NCBI GenBank assembly: GCA_043821645.1
Contig: JBDRCO010000087.1
Span: forward strand, 64,001 to 128,000
From: Pseudomonadota bacterium
GTDB taxonomy: Bacteria; Myxococcota; JACRCW01; JAFGSX01
Length of the DNA: 64,000 nucleotides
Reading direction: 5' to 3'
Under the pieces are notes generated by a model that worked only from the letters and a program-made list of their open reading frames with translations, had not been told where the DNA came from and searched no databases. Positions 55,766 through 64,000 of the stretch are shown here, piece by piece. Each line of letters begins with the position of its first letter. Position 1 is the stretch's first letter. Both the position numbers and the translations under genes were made by a program.

Positions 55766-57166
55766 ATGGCCAAGAAGAAGGCGGCCACCCGAAAAACCCA
55801 CGACGACAGCCTGCGGGGCACCCAGATCGAGGCGTCCGTCGGGGCTCCAGACGATGTCCCCGACCAGGGCCAGGAGCCCGTGGTGGACGATATGGATGTC
55901 GGTGATGACCTGGCGGCCGAGGAGGCCAAGCTGGAGACGTCTGACGCCGAAGCTGACGAGGAGGACGGGGACCAGGACGCTGGCGACGAGCCCGAGGACG
56001 GTGAGGACTCCGGGGACGACGACCCGGAAGGGGTCAAGGACGAGGACGACGAGGGCGGGGAGGGGGACGAGGACGAGGCTTCAGAAGAGAGCGAGGAGCC
56101 TGACGACCCCGATGCCGCGCTCAAGGTCGATGTCGTGCTCGTGCAGAGCATCGAGAGCATCGTCGAGCGTCGCGCTCATGTACTGGAACTCATCGAGAAC
56201 ACGCGCGACAGAGCGAGGGCCGTGAAGCCCGACATCTTCGAGCGCGTCATCGGCGACTACCAGCGGCAACTCGCCGAGGTCGAGGCCGAGTACGAACCCG
56301 CCAGCGAGGCCATCTGCCAGTCGCTCATGGCCATCAGCGCCCTCGAGGACAAGCTGCGCGACGAGACCGAGCAGATCAACGACCGCATGGTCGAGATGCG
56401 CTTTCGCTGCGAGGTGGGAGAGTTCCCGGAAGAGGACCTGTTCCCCATCGAGGATGAACACCAGCGCCAGCTCAAGCATCTGAACGCGCGCATGGCCCTG
56501 ATCGACGAGACGTATTCCCAGTGCAAACCTTTCTTGCGGGCCGAGGATTTCGAGGAGGCGACCGGCCGACCCTACGAGGACAAGCCCGAAGAGGACGTGG
56601 CGGAAGAGCCTGCCGCGGCGCTGGCGGAGGACCCCGACGGTGAATCCGGCGATCTGGGGGATCTGGAGATTGACGAGTTCGATGCGCCGGGTGTTCGCGT
56701 GACTGCCCCGCCCGAGGTGTTCACGGCCGCATCCCGCCTCGACGACGTGCGTCGGGTGGCCGAAGAGGCCGACGACGATGGCCTGCCCACGCGCTTCGAG
56801 CAGCGCCCCGAGGATTCTCTGTCCGAGGGAGCCAGCGAAGAGCGCACCATCGCAGGCGGCCAGCTCAAGTGCTACGTGGTCCACAAGCTGGCGGATGGCA
56901 GCGAACGCGACTATCCGCTTGGACTCGAGCCCTTTGCCATCGGGCGCCATCCCCAGAACGACCTCGTGCTCGCGGACCGGGGGATCTCGCGCCGCCACGC
57001 CCGCGTGGTGCTGGAGAACACGGGGCGCTACACGGTCTCCGACCTGTCGAGTGGCAACGGCGTCTTTGTCAACGGCACGCGCGTTCACGGCAAGTTCAAG
57101 TTGACCAGCGGCGATACCATCACGATGGGAAGCAGCACCATGGACTACCTGGAGCGGCTCGAGTAG
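55766..57166 (+). CDS. FHA-domain protein with highly acidic N-terminal tract and coiled coil
   Basis: FHA IGRHPQNDLVLADRGISRRHA...DLSSGNGVFVNG; D/E-rich tract; TATAAT at 55647-55652 upstream. Confidence 0.88.
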   Translation: MAKKKAATRKTHDDSLRGTQIEASVGAPDDVPDQGQEPVVDDMDVGDDLAAEEAKLETSDAEADEEDGDQDAGDEPEDGEDSGDDDPEGVKDEDDEGGEGDEDEASEESEEPDDPDAALKVDVVLVQSIESIVERRAHVLELIENTRDRARAVKPDIFERVIGDYQRQLAEVEAEYEPASEAICQSLMAISALEDKLRDETEQINDRMVEMRFRCEVGEFPEEDLFPIEDEHQRQLKHLNARMALIDETYSQCKPFLRAEDFEEATGRPYEDKPEEDVAEEPAAALAEDPDGESGDLGDLEIDEFDAPGVRVTAPPEVFTAASRLDDVRRVAEEADDDGLPTRFEQRPEDSLSEGASEERTIAGGQLKCYVVHKLADGSERDYPLGLEPFAIGRHPQNDLVLADRGISRRHARVVLENTGRYTVSDLSSGNGVFVNGTRVHGKFKLTSGDTITMGSSTMDYLERLE

Positions 57167-57169
57167 GCC

Positions 57170-58591
57170 GTGGCACGGCGTTACCTGTACGAGCTGCTGG
57201 AGCATGGCATCACCTCCGCGGCGCGTGACGAGACAGCTCCCGATCGTCCCGTCACGGCCCGCCGTGCTCTCACCGTGACCCAGGCGGCTCGCGCCATCCG
57301 GCGCGTTCTCGAGGGGCAGCTGGTCGATCTGTGGGTCGAGGGCGAGATCTCGAACTACCGCCCGTACCCTTCAGGACACTGGTACTTCACGCTCAAGGAT
57401 GCGCAGAGCCAGCTTCCGGCGGTGATGTTTGCGGGCGATAACCGACGCGTACGCTTCAAGGTCGAGGAGGGGGCGCAGGTCCTGGCCCGGGGACGTGTCT
57501 CCTTTTACGAGAGTGGCGGGCGGGCGCAGCTCATGGTCACGGCCCTGGAGCCCACGGGACTCGGCGCGCGCACGCTGGCTCTGCGGCAGCTCGCGGAACG
57601 CTTGCAGGCCGAGGGTCTGTTCGACGCCACGCGCAAGAAGGTGCTGCCCCTGCTGCCGCGCAAACTCGGCGTGGTGACCAGCCTCGAGGGCGCGGCCCTG
57701 CGCGACGTGTTGCAGGTGGCACGGCGGCGCATGCCACGGCTTCCGGTCGTGATCTCACCGACCCGGGTCCAGGGAGAGGGCGCGGAGCAGTCCATCGCCC
57801 GGGCCTTGCGCCAGCTCGACCAAAGTGGGTTGACCGACGTCATCATCCTGGGCCGTGGCGGCGGCAGCGTCGAGGATCTCGAGGTCTTCTCGAGCGAGGT
57901 TGTGGTGCGGGCTGTAGCAGCCTGCGCCACCCCAGTGATCAGTGCCGTGGGCCACGAGATCGATCAGGCATTGTGCGACCTGGCCGCGGACCTGCGCGCA
58001 CCCACGCCGAGCGCAGCAGCCGAACTGGCCGTGCCCATATTGAGCGAGCTGGAGAAACGACTAGAGGTCTCGCGCCAGCGCATCCGCGGCCTGATTCTCG
58101 GCCAGCTGACGACCAAGCGCGCTCGCCTCGCGGCGCTGGTCTCTGCCCTGACCGACCCCAGAGCGCTGGTCCGCACGAGACGCCAGGACCTCGATCTGCT
58201 GTGGCAACGCGCGGAGCGGGGCATGCAGCGTCGACTCGTGCTGGCCCGGACGCACCTGTCCAGGCTGCGAGAGCGCCAGGCACCGCAGCATCCGGGGCGA
58301 CGTCTTGCCACGGCCGGTGGCCGACTCGAGGTGCTGCGCTTGCGCCAGCGCGCGGCCCTCGACGCACGCCTCGATCTCGCGCGTGCCGGGCTGCAGCAGG
58401 CTGCGGCCTCTCTGCACGCCCTGTCACCCCTCGCGGTCCTGGGGCGCGGCTATGCCATCTGCCTGCACCGCGGCAAGCCCCTGCGCGAGGCCAGGGCTGT
58501 GGAACCTGGATCCCAGCTCGAGGTTCGACTTGCACGCGGTCGACTGCAGGCACAAGTGCAGCGGATCACCGACGACGAGGAGGGTTTCTGA
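57170..58591 (+). CDS. xseA: Exodeoxyribonuclease VII large subunit
   Basis: WVEGEISN, SGHWYFTLKD, GRGGGSVEDL, ISAVGHEID, RAPTPSAAAE, LSPLAVLGRGY. Confidence 0.96.
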   Translation: MARRYLYELLEHGITSAARDETAPDRPVTARRALTVTQAARAIRRVLEGQLVDLWVEGEISNYRPYPSGHWYFTLKDAQSQLPAVMFAGDNRRVRFKVEEGAQVLARGRVSFYESGGRAQLMVTALEPTGLGARTLALRQLAERLQAEGLFDATRKKVLPLLPRKLGVVTSLEGAALRDVLQVARRRMPRLPVVISPTRVQGEGAEQSIARALRQLDQSGLTDVIILGRGGGSVEDLEVFSSEVVVRAVAACATPVISAVGHEIDQALCDLAADLRAPTPSAAAELAVPILSELEKRLEVSRQRIRGLILGQLTTKRARLAALVSALTDPRALVRTRRQDLDLLWQRAERGMQRRLVLARTHLSRLRERQAPQHPGRRLATAGGRLEVLRLRQRAALDARLDLARAGLQQAAASLHALSPLAVLGRGYAICLHRGKPLREARAVEPGSQLEVRLARGRLQAQVQRITDDEEGF

Positions 58592-58666
58592 ACCGGCATC
58601 GCCCGTTTGCGATACGGCTTGACCCTCTGTTCTCAACGTCGTCAAGTCAGCCCACAGGAGTGCGCC

Positions 58667-58936
58667 GTGAGCGACAGGAAGAACCGCCGTTCCGAGCCCG
58701 AGCTGGCTGCCGATGCGCCCTTCGAGCAGGTGCTGGAGCGCCTCGAGCGCCTCGTGGACCAGCTCGAGGACGGGAGCCTGCCCCTCGAGGCGTCGCTGCA
58801 AGCCTTCGAGCAGGGCGTGGCCCTGGCGCGCCAGGCCCAGACCAGCCTCGACGCCATGGAAAGGCGTATCGAGGTCCTGAGTCAGGACGGGAGCCTGCAG
58901 GCCCTGCCCGAGAAGCGAGAAGAGGATGATGTCTGA
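58667..58936 (+). CDS. xseB: Exodeoxyribonuclease VII small subunit
   Basis: FEQVLERLERLVDQLEDGSLPLEASLQAFEQG; RBS AGGAG before GTG 58667. Confidence 0.93.
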   Translation: MSDRKNRRSEPELAADAPFEQVLERLERLVDQLEDGSLPLEASLQAFEQGVALARQAQTSLDAMERRIEVLSQDGSLQALPEKREEDDV

Positions 58937-59855
58937 CACCGGGACCGTCGCGTCGGCGGCGGCGGCAGAGCGCAGCTTTTTCGAGGTGCTCCGGCGCGAG
59001 GTCAACGCGCGCCTGGAGGCCTCACTGCAAGGCCTGCGCGATCGCGCCCTGCACGGCGGGCAGCGTCCGCCACCGCGCCTGCTCGAGGCCATGGGGTACA
59101 GCCTGCTGGCCGGGGGCAAGCGCCTGCGTCCGCTGATGGCGCTGTGTGCCTGCGAGGCGGTCGGTGCCGAGCGCGCTATGGCCTGGCCCGCCGCCCTCGC
59201 CATCGAGTACGTGCACACCTACTCGCTGATTCACGATGACCTCCCGGCCATGGACAACGATGATCTCCGACGTGGCCGACCCACCCTGCACAAGGCCTTC
59301 GACGAAGGGACGGCGGTGCTGGCCGGCGACGCCCTGCTCACCGAGGCCTTCGGTGTGCTCGCCAGAGCCGAGCACAACGCCGATCGACAGGTGATGGAGC
59401 TGGCCACGGCGGCCGGAGCCTGCGGCATGGTGGGGGGTCAGGTGCTTGACGTCGAGGCCGAGAGCCTGCCGCACGCCCAGATCGATCTCGAGCGCATTCA
59501 TCGAGCCAAGACCGGCCGCCTGTTCGTGGCCGCGGCGGTGATGGGCGGGCTCGCCGGCCAGGCGCAGCAGCACGAGGTCGCGGTCCTCCGTCGCTACGCG
59601 GCCCTGGTCGGGCATGCCTTTCAGGTGGCAGACGATCTGCTCGACGTGGTGGGCGATGCCTCCAAGACCGGCAAGGGGCTGGGGCGCGATCAGGCTCGGG
59701 GCAAGTTCACCTACCTCAGCCGCGATGGCATTGACGCCACGCGCGCCGAGGCGCATCGCCTGGGTCTGCTCGCGCACGCGGAGCTGGAGCCTCTGGGTGG
59801 CACGGCACAAGCGCTGCACGCCATCGTGGATATGGCGGTGGAACGCGTGGCCTGA
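58926..59855 (+). CDS. ispA: Farnesyl/geranyl diphosphate synthase
   Basis: GGKRLRP, HTYSLIHDDLPAMDNDDLRRG, GMVGGQ, AKTG, FQVADDLLD. Confidence 0.95.
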   Translation: MMSDTGTVASAAAAERSFFEVLRREVNARLEASLQGLRDRALHGGQRPPPRLLEAMGYSLLAGGKRLRPLMALCACEAVGAERAMAWPAALAIEYVHTYSLIHDDLPAMDNDDLRRGRPTLHKAFDEGTAVLAGDALLTEAFGVLARAEHNADRQVMELATAAGACGMVGGQVLDVEAESLPHAQIDLERIHRAKTGRLFVAAAVMGGLAGQAQQHEVAVLRRYAALVGHAFQVADDLLDVVGDASKTGKGLGRDQARGKFTYLSRDGIDATRAEAHRLGLLAHAELEPLGGTAQALHAIVDMAVERVA

Positions 59856-59915
59856 GTCGTGATCGCGCGAGGCTCGCGTTGAGCGACCGGGCGCCCCCAG
59901 TATAAACTTCTCCAC

Positions 59916-60689
59916 ATGGTTCTCGTTGTGGCAGGTCTGATGACCGCGATGTCGCTGCAGGCCGATCCCGGCGCTGCACCCATTTCTTCCGCTGTGGTGG
60001 CGGCGAGCCCCAGCGTCGTGCACGAACGCTATCACTACCGGACCGTGAGTCTGGATGGCTCCACTGCTGGCGGCACCGCAACGCTCGAGCTGACTCGCCG
60101 CGGGGATCTGGTCGACCTGGTCGAGGAGAGGCAGCTTCCAGACGGGAACCGGATGACCTTCAAGGTTCGCTTCTCATCGAGGGACATGCAGGTGATGCGC
60201 TGGGAGATGCAGGTCAAGGTCGACGGTCAGGTCACGCGCAGCACCCTCGCCATCGGCAGGGCGGAGGTCGAGGCGAAGCAGGTTGGCCCCGACGGCGTCA
60301 CCACCTCGGACCGCATGACTCGCCCCAAGGGGACAGTGGTCATGACGCCCTTGCTCAAGTTCGAGCTGGCGCGCCGCCTGGACCAGGGGCACGTGACCGG
60401 ACCTCTCGAGATGATCGTGCTCCGGGACGGCGAACTCGAGAGCTACCGCCTGCAGATCGAAGACCGCGGTGACCGGCAGGTGACCACCGCCGCGGGCACG
60501 TTTCGGTGCCGCGTGCTGTCCATCGCCCCGACCTCGGCGCTGCTGGCCCTGGCCGTGCCCCCCGGTGAGATGCTGCTCGCGGCCGACGGCAGCCACCCTC
60601 TGGTGCTGGGCGTGGGAAGTATCAGCCGCCTGTCCAAGGTCATGCGCACCGAGCTCATCGAGTACCGCAGCGAGAACGCGACGCCCTGA
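59916..60689 (+). CDS. Secreted beta-rich hypothetical protein (DUF3108-like by impression)
   Basis: Signal-peptide-like N-terminus ...SLQA; VTTAAGTFRC motif. Confidence 0.6.
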   Translation: MVLVVAGLMTAMSLQADPGAAPISSAVVAASPSVVHERYHYRTVSLDGSTAGGTATLELTRRGDLVDLVEERQLPDGNRMTFKVRFSSRDMQVMRWEMQVKVDGQVTRSTLAIGRAEVEAKQVGPDGVTTSDRMTRPKGTVVMTPLLKFELARRLDQGHVTGPLEMIVLRDGELESYRLQIEDRGDRQVTTAAGTFRCRVLSIAPTSALLALAVPPGEMLLAADGSHPLVLGVGSISRLSKVMRTELIEYRSENATP

Positions 60690-60770
60690 ACCGGCGCTGT
60701 GGAACTTTCGCGCTGGTGGGCTGTCTACTCCCAAGAACCACGCATCTGGTCCGCGTGAAAGGGAGCTGCC

Positions 60771-63278
60771 ATGGCGCTTTCCAGGTCGACCTGTGTCCTT
60801 CGTGCCCTGTTCTCGGTGATCGCGCTCACGTTCCTGCTCGGAGAACCCGCGATGGCCCGGCCCCCCCTGCGCGTGGCGCGCCACGATGAGGAGGCCTACC
60901 CCATGGGCGGGGTGGTGCAGCGCCTGCGAGGCAGCCTGCAGACACCGCGGGCGGTGAAGGCGGATCGTGGCAGTGCTCCCTTTCTCAAGGTCGTCAGCGG
61001 CGATGACAGCCTGGAGCAGTTGCCACTCAAGAGCACGCGTGCCGACGTCGACGTGGCGGGAGTCATCGCCCAGGTCAAGCTGACCCAGGTGTTTCGCAAC
61101 GAGGGCAGGCATACCATCGAGGCCGAATACGTGTTTCCGGCCTCGACCCGTGCCGCGGTCTACGCCATGAAGATGACCATCGGGTCGCGCGTCATCGAAG
61201 CGCAGATCCAGAAACGCGACGAGGCGCGAGAGACCTACGAGCAGGCCCTGCAGGAGGGTCGCACCGCCTCCTTGCTCGAGCAGCAACGGCCCAATGTATT
61301 CCAGATGAGCGTCGGCAATATCCTGGCCGGCGACGAGATCCAAGTCGAGCTGTTCTACACCGAGCTGCTGCAAGCCGAGGACCGCGTCTACGAGCTGGTC
61401 ATCCCGACGGTGGTGGGACCGCGCTACGTCAACGGCACGGAGCCGGACACGCGGGGCCCGAGGAGCTGGACCGCCAACCCACACCTTCAGGAGGGGGAGG
61501 CCGCGCCCTACACCTTCGGGGCCACCGTGGATCTGCGGGGTGCCATGCCCATTGCCCGCGTGCAGTGCAGTCATGATGTGGATGTCGTGTACTCGGGCAA
61601 GGAGTCCGCGAGCGTCGTCCTGCAACCCGACGCCGCCCATGGCAACCGAGACCTGATCCTGCGCTACACACTGGCTGGTGCGCAGGTGCAGAGCGGTCTC
61701 CTCCTGTACCCGGGGGACGACGAGAACTTCTTCACGCTGATGGTCGAGCCCCCCGCGCGAGTGTCGCCCGAGACCATCGTGCCCCGGGAGTACCTCTTCA
61801 TCCTCGACGTGTCGGGTTCCATGCAGGGCTTTCCGCTCGAGGTCAGCAAGGCTCTGATGCAGGAGCTGCTCGAGCAGCTGGGTCCGCAGGACTTCTTCAA
61901 CGTGCTGTTCTTTGCCGGTGACAGCGCACTGCTCAGTGAACGGAGTCTGCCGGTGAGCCGCAATAGCATCCGGCGTGCCCGCTCCCTGGTTGGCATGCAG
62001 CACGGTGGTGGTGGTACCGAGCTGGTGCCGGCCCTGGAACGGGCCCTGGCCCTGCCACGTGTGGCAGGCGCCGAACGCATCGTAGTGGTCGCCACGGACG
62101 GCTTTGTTGGCGTCGAGCGTCGCGCCTTCCAGCTCATCCGCGACAAGCTTGGCGAGGCCAACTTCTTTGCCTTTGGCATTGGCAGTTCGGTGAATCGCTT
62201 TCTCATCGAGGGCATGGCCCGCGCTGGCCAGGGAGAGCCCTTCGTCGCCACCACCGAGGCAGAGGCCAAGGCCCAGGCCAGGCGTCTAGGCGAGTACATT
62301 CGCGCGCCCTTGCTGCGCGACATCACCGTACGTTTCGAAGGTTTCGGTGCCTACGACGTGGCGCCGAGCCACTTCCCGACCTTGTTCGCGGATCGCCCGC
62401 TGGTGATCCATGGCAAGTACAAGGGGCCGGCATCGGGGCGCGTGCTGGTGCGTGGCTCAAACGCGAGCGGTGCGTTCGAGGCGAGCCTGGACGTGGCCGA
62501 CGCGGACCGCTCCGAGGAGAACGCAGCTTTGCGCCACCTGTGGGCGCGAAAAAAAGTTCAGCTGCTGGCAGACGACAGGCAACTCGAGCCCACGGACGAG
62601 GACGTGGCCGCGATCACGCAGCTCGGTCTGCGCTACAACCTGCTCACCGAATTCACCTCCTTCGTCGCCGTGGACACCGTGGTGCGTGGCGATGGCACGC
62701 GCGGGGTCACGGTGCGTCAGCCCCTTCCTCTGCCCGCAGGGGTGTCGAACAGCGCCGTGGGTGGTGCTGGCAAGAGCGGATCCAGCTATGGCTTCGGCGG
62801 GCTGGGCGTGCAAGGGACGGGACACGGTGGCGGTGGCTCTGCCATGGGCAGCATTGGCGTGGGCAGCGTCGGCACCCGCGGTCGCGGGGGTGGCTCGGTG
62901 GGCTATGGCTCGGGGGCCGGTGGACTGGGTGGCAGGGTGGCCAGGGTACCGCGTGTCATGGCTGGACAGGTGGTGGTTCAGGGCAGCCTGGACAAGGAAG
63001 TGATACGCCGCGTGATCCAGGACAAGCTGGCCCAGGTCAAGGCCTGCTACCAGCGCGAGCTGGCGAGAGAGCCAGAGCTTGCAGGCCGCGTGGTGCTGGA
63101 GTTCGTGGTCGGAGAGGACGGCAAGGTACAGAGCGCGCGCGTCGTCGAGACGACCCTGAACAGCGCTGCGGTCGAGATCTGCCTGACCAAAAAGGCCACG
63201 GCCTGGCGCTTCCCGGCTGTGAAGGGCGGTGGCACCGTGATCGTGCGTTACCCCTTCATGTTCAAGCCTCCAGCCTGA
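60771..63278 (+). CDS. VIT - vWA - Gly-rich linker - TonB-C (AgmX/PglI-like) protein
   Basis: VIT (EAEYVFP...RTASLLEQQRPNVFQMSVGNI), MIDAS DVSGS, ATDG, FTSFVAVD, C-terminal LDKEVIRRVI...VKACYQREL...WRFP...VRYPFMF. Confidence 0.9.
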   Translation: MALSRSTCVLRALFSVIALTFLLGEPAMARPPLRVARHDEEAYPMGGVVQRLRGSLQTPRAVKADRGSAPFLKVVSGDDSLEQLPLKSTRADVDVAGVIAQVKLTQVFRNEGRHTIEAEYVFPASTRAAVYAMKMTIGSRVIEAQIQKRDEARETYEQALQEGRTASLLEQQRPNVFQMSVGNILAGDEIQVELFYTELLQAEDRVYELVIPTVVGPRYVNGTEPDTRGPRSWTANPHLQEGEAAPYTFGATVDLRGAMPIARVQCSHDVDVVYSGKESASVVLQPDAAHGNRDLILRYTLAGAQVQSGLLLYPGDDENFFTLMVEPPARVSPETIVPREYLFILDVSGSMQGFPLEVSKALMQELLEQLGPQDFFNVLFFAGDSALLSERSLPVSRNSIRRARSLVGMQHGGGGTELVPALERALALPRVAGAERIVVVATDGFVGVERRAFQLIRDKLGEANFFAFGIGSSVNRFLIEGMARAGQGEPFVATTEAEAKAQARRLGEYIRAPLLRDITVRFEGFGAYDVAPSHFPTLFADRPLVIHGKYKGPASGRVLVRGSNASGAFEASLDVADADRSEENAALRHLWARKKVQLLADDRQLEPTDEDVAAITQLGLRYNLLTEFTSFVAVDTVVRGDGTRGVTVRQPLPLPAGVSNSAVGGAGKSGSSYGFGGLGVQGTGHGGGGSAMGSIGVGSVGTRGRGGGSVGYGSGAGGLGGRVARVPRVMAGQVVVQGSLDKEVIRRVIQDKLAQVKACYQRELAREPELAGRVVLEFVVGEDGKVQSARVVETTLNSAAVEICLTKKATAWRFPAVKGGGTVIVRYPFMFKPPA

Positions 63279-63320
63279 GCTGTTGTCGCGATCGCGGCTC
63301 CCTGGCGCTATCCTGTGCCC

Positions 63321-63917
63321 ATGCGCGTGCTCCCATGCCTGCTGCTGCTGATCCTCCCCGGTGCCTGTGCCAGTGCACCCGAAGCCCAGCCTGACAAGCC
63401 CGTCGACACGGCGCGTCCTGCCGCCGCGGATCCCGCGCCTCTGTCCCCCGCCCTGGGAGGCCTGGTGGTGGCCATGGCCAGCCCTGGCATCCGCCTGTAC
63501 CTCGACGATCAGGAAATGCGCGACTTCGCGCCCACCGTTGACGGTGCGCTGCGCGTCGAGCTGCTTCAGGGCTCCTACGCCGTGCGAGCGCGGCGCGCGG
63601 ATCTGTGGTCACGGGCGCAGCGTGTGTGGATCTGTCCAGGCCTCGATACCCGCCTCGAAGTGGCACTCGACGCTGGCGGCAGCCGCATGCAGGTGACCCA
63701 ACCCACGGAGTGCGCGAACGATCCCGTTCCACCTGCTTCCTTGGGCGCTGCGGTCCGTCCCCGGTATGACGCACGCGATCCCTGCGTCGAGTTCTGTGGC
63801 TCCATGACCTTCCTGTGCATCCGTGATTGTGGAGGCGGTGCCCCAGATGCCGAACCCAGTGGTTGCATGGTGCGCTGCGCCCAGGAGATGGGGCGATGCG
63901 TCGACGCCTGTCGCTGA
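63321..63917 (+). CDS. Putative lipoprotein with PEGA-like segment and Cys-rich C-terminus
   Basis: Lipobox-like LLLLILPGAC; C-terminal CxxxC...CxxxC...CxxxC...CxxxC. Confidence 0.65.
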   Translation: MRVLPCLLLLILPGACASAPEAQPDKPVDTARPAAADPAPLSPALGGLVVAMASPGIRLYLDDQEMRDFAPTVDGALRVELLQGSYAVRARRADLWSRAQRVWICPGLDTRLEVALDAGGSRMQVTQPTECANDPVPPASLGAAVRPRYDARDPCVEFCGSMTFLCIRDCGGGAPDAEPSGCMVRCAQEMGRCVDACR

Positions 63918-64000
63918 GCTCGCCGACGGACGTGGACAGCACCCCGGTGCCCATCGCTACAATGTGAACGCCGCTCGCAAGGTGTCGCGGGCGAGAGGTC

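Noticed and set aside
57170-59855. xseA-xseB-ispA without the usual downstream dxs
   Set aside because: Ordinary synteny variation; uninformative without the rest of the genome
1-64000. Many long overlapping or antisense ORFs (e.g. 32042..34789 +, 5333..7180 +, 41403..43793 -, 53418..55481 -, 7998..9560 -)
   Set aside because: Shadow frames of real genes in high-GC DNA; no motifs, and they mirror well-supported opposite-strand CDSs
1-64000. tRNA, rRNA, tmRNA, RNase P, SRP RNA, CRISPR arrays, transposases/integrases
   Set aside because: No signature sequences or spaced direct repeats recognised by eye; a covariance-model scan would be needed to exclude small RNAs

Overview
High-GC bacterial chromosomal window, most likely from a Myxococcota/deltaproteobacterial organism. 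The lineage is inferred from Cys-rich lipoproteins with 'DA(G/S/A)' stalks, a myxococcal Cys-rich repeat, zinc-ribbon/GYF/TPR, PEGA and VIT-vWA-TonB-C proteins, and an STPK-AAA-TPR kinase. About 50 densely packed CDSs. Housekeeping genes: lptA fragment/lptB, mgtE, pccB, biotin carboxylase and BCCP, acpP-fabF-mlaE, eukaryote-type citrate synthase, xseA-xseB-ispA. Accessory modules: (i) a degenerate-Nudix NrtR regulator divergent from two uncharacterised radical SAM genes, with a near-consensus sigma70 promoter and two related 21-bp palindromes visible in the AT-rich spacer; (ii) a single-chain dihydropyrimidine-dehydrogenase-like flavoenzyme heading an operon with a 2-hydroxyacyl-CoA dehydratase pair and its ATP-dependent activator; (iii) a tightly coupled GNAT / ornithine-racemase-like / M20 amidohydrolase / alanine-racemase operon; (iv) a signal-peptide-less LysM protein with a Gly/Ala/Val beta-rich C-terminus followed by a TPR protein and a membrane protein; (v) a NatAB-type ABC exporter with a CPBP-protease fusion and a 1-nt frameshift in its first permease; (vi) several large surface lipoproteins. 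No tRNA, rRNA, CRISPR array or mobile element was recognised. All calls come from reading motifs by eye; no database searches were run.
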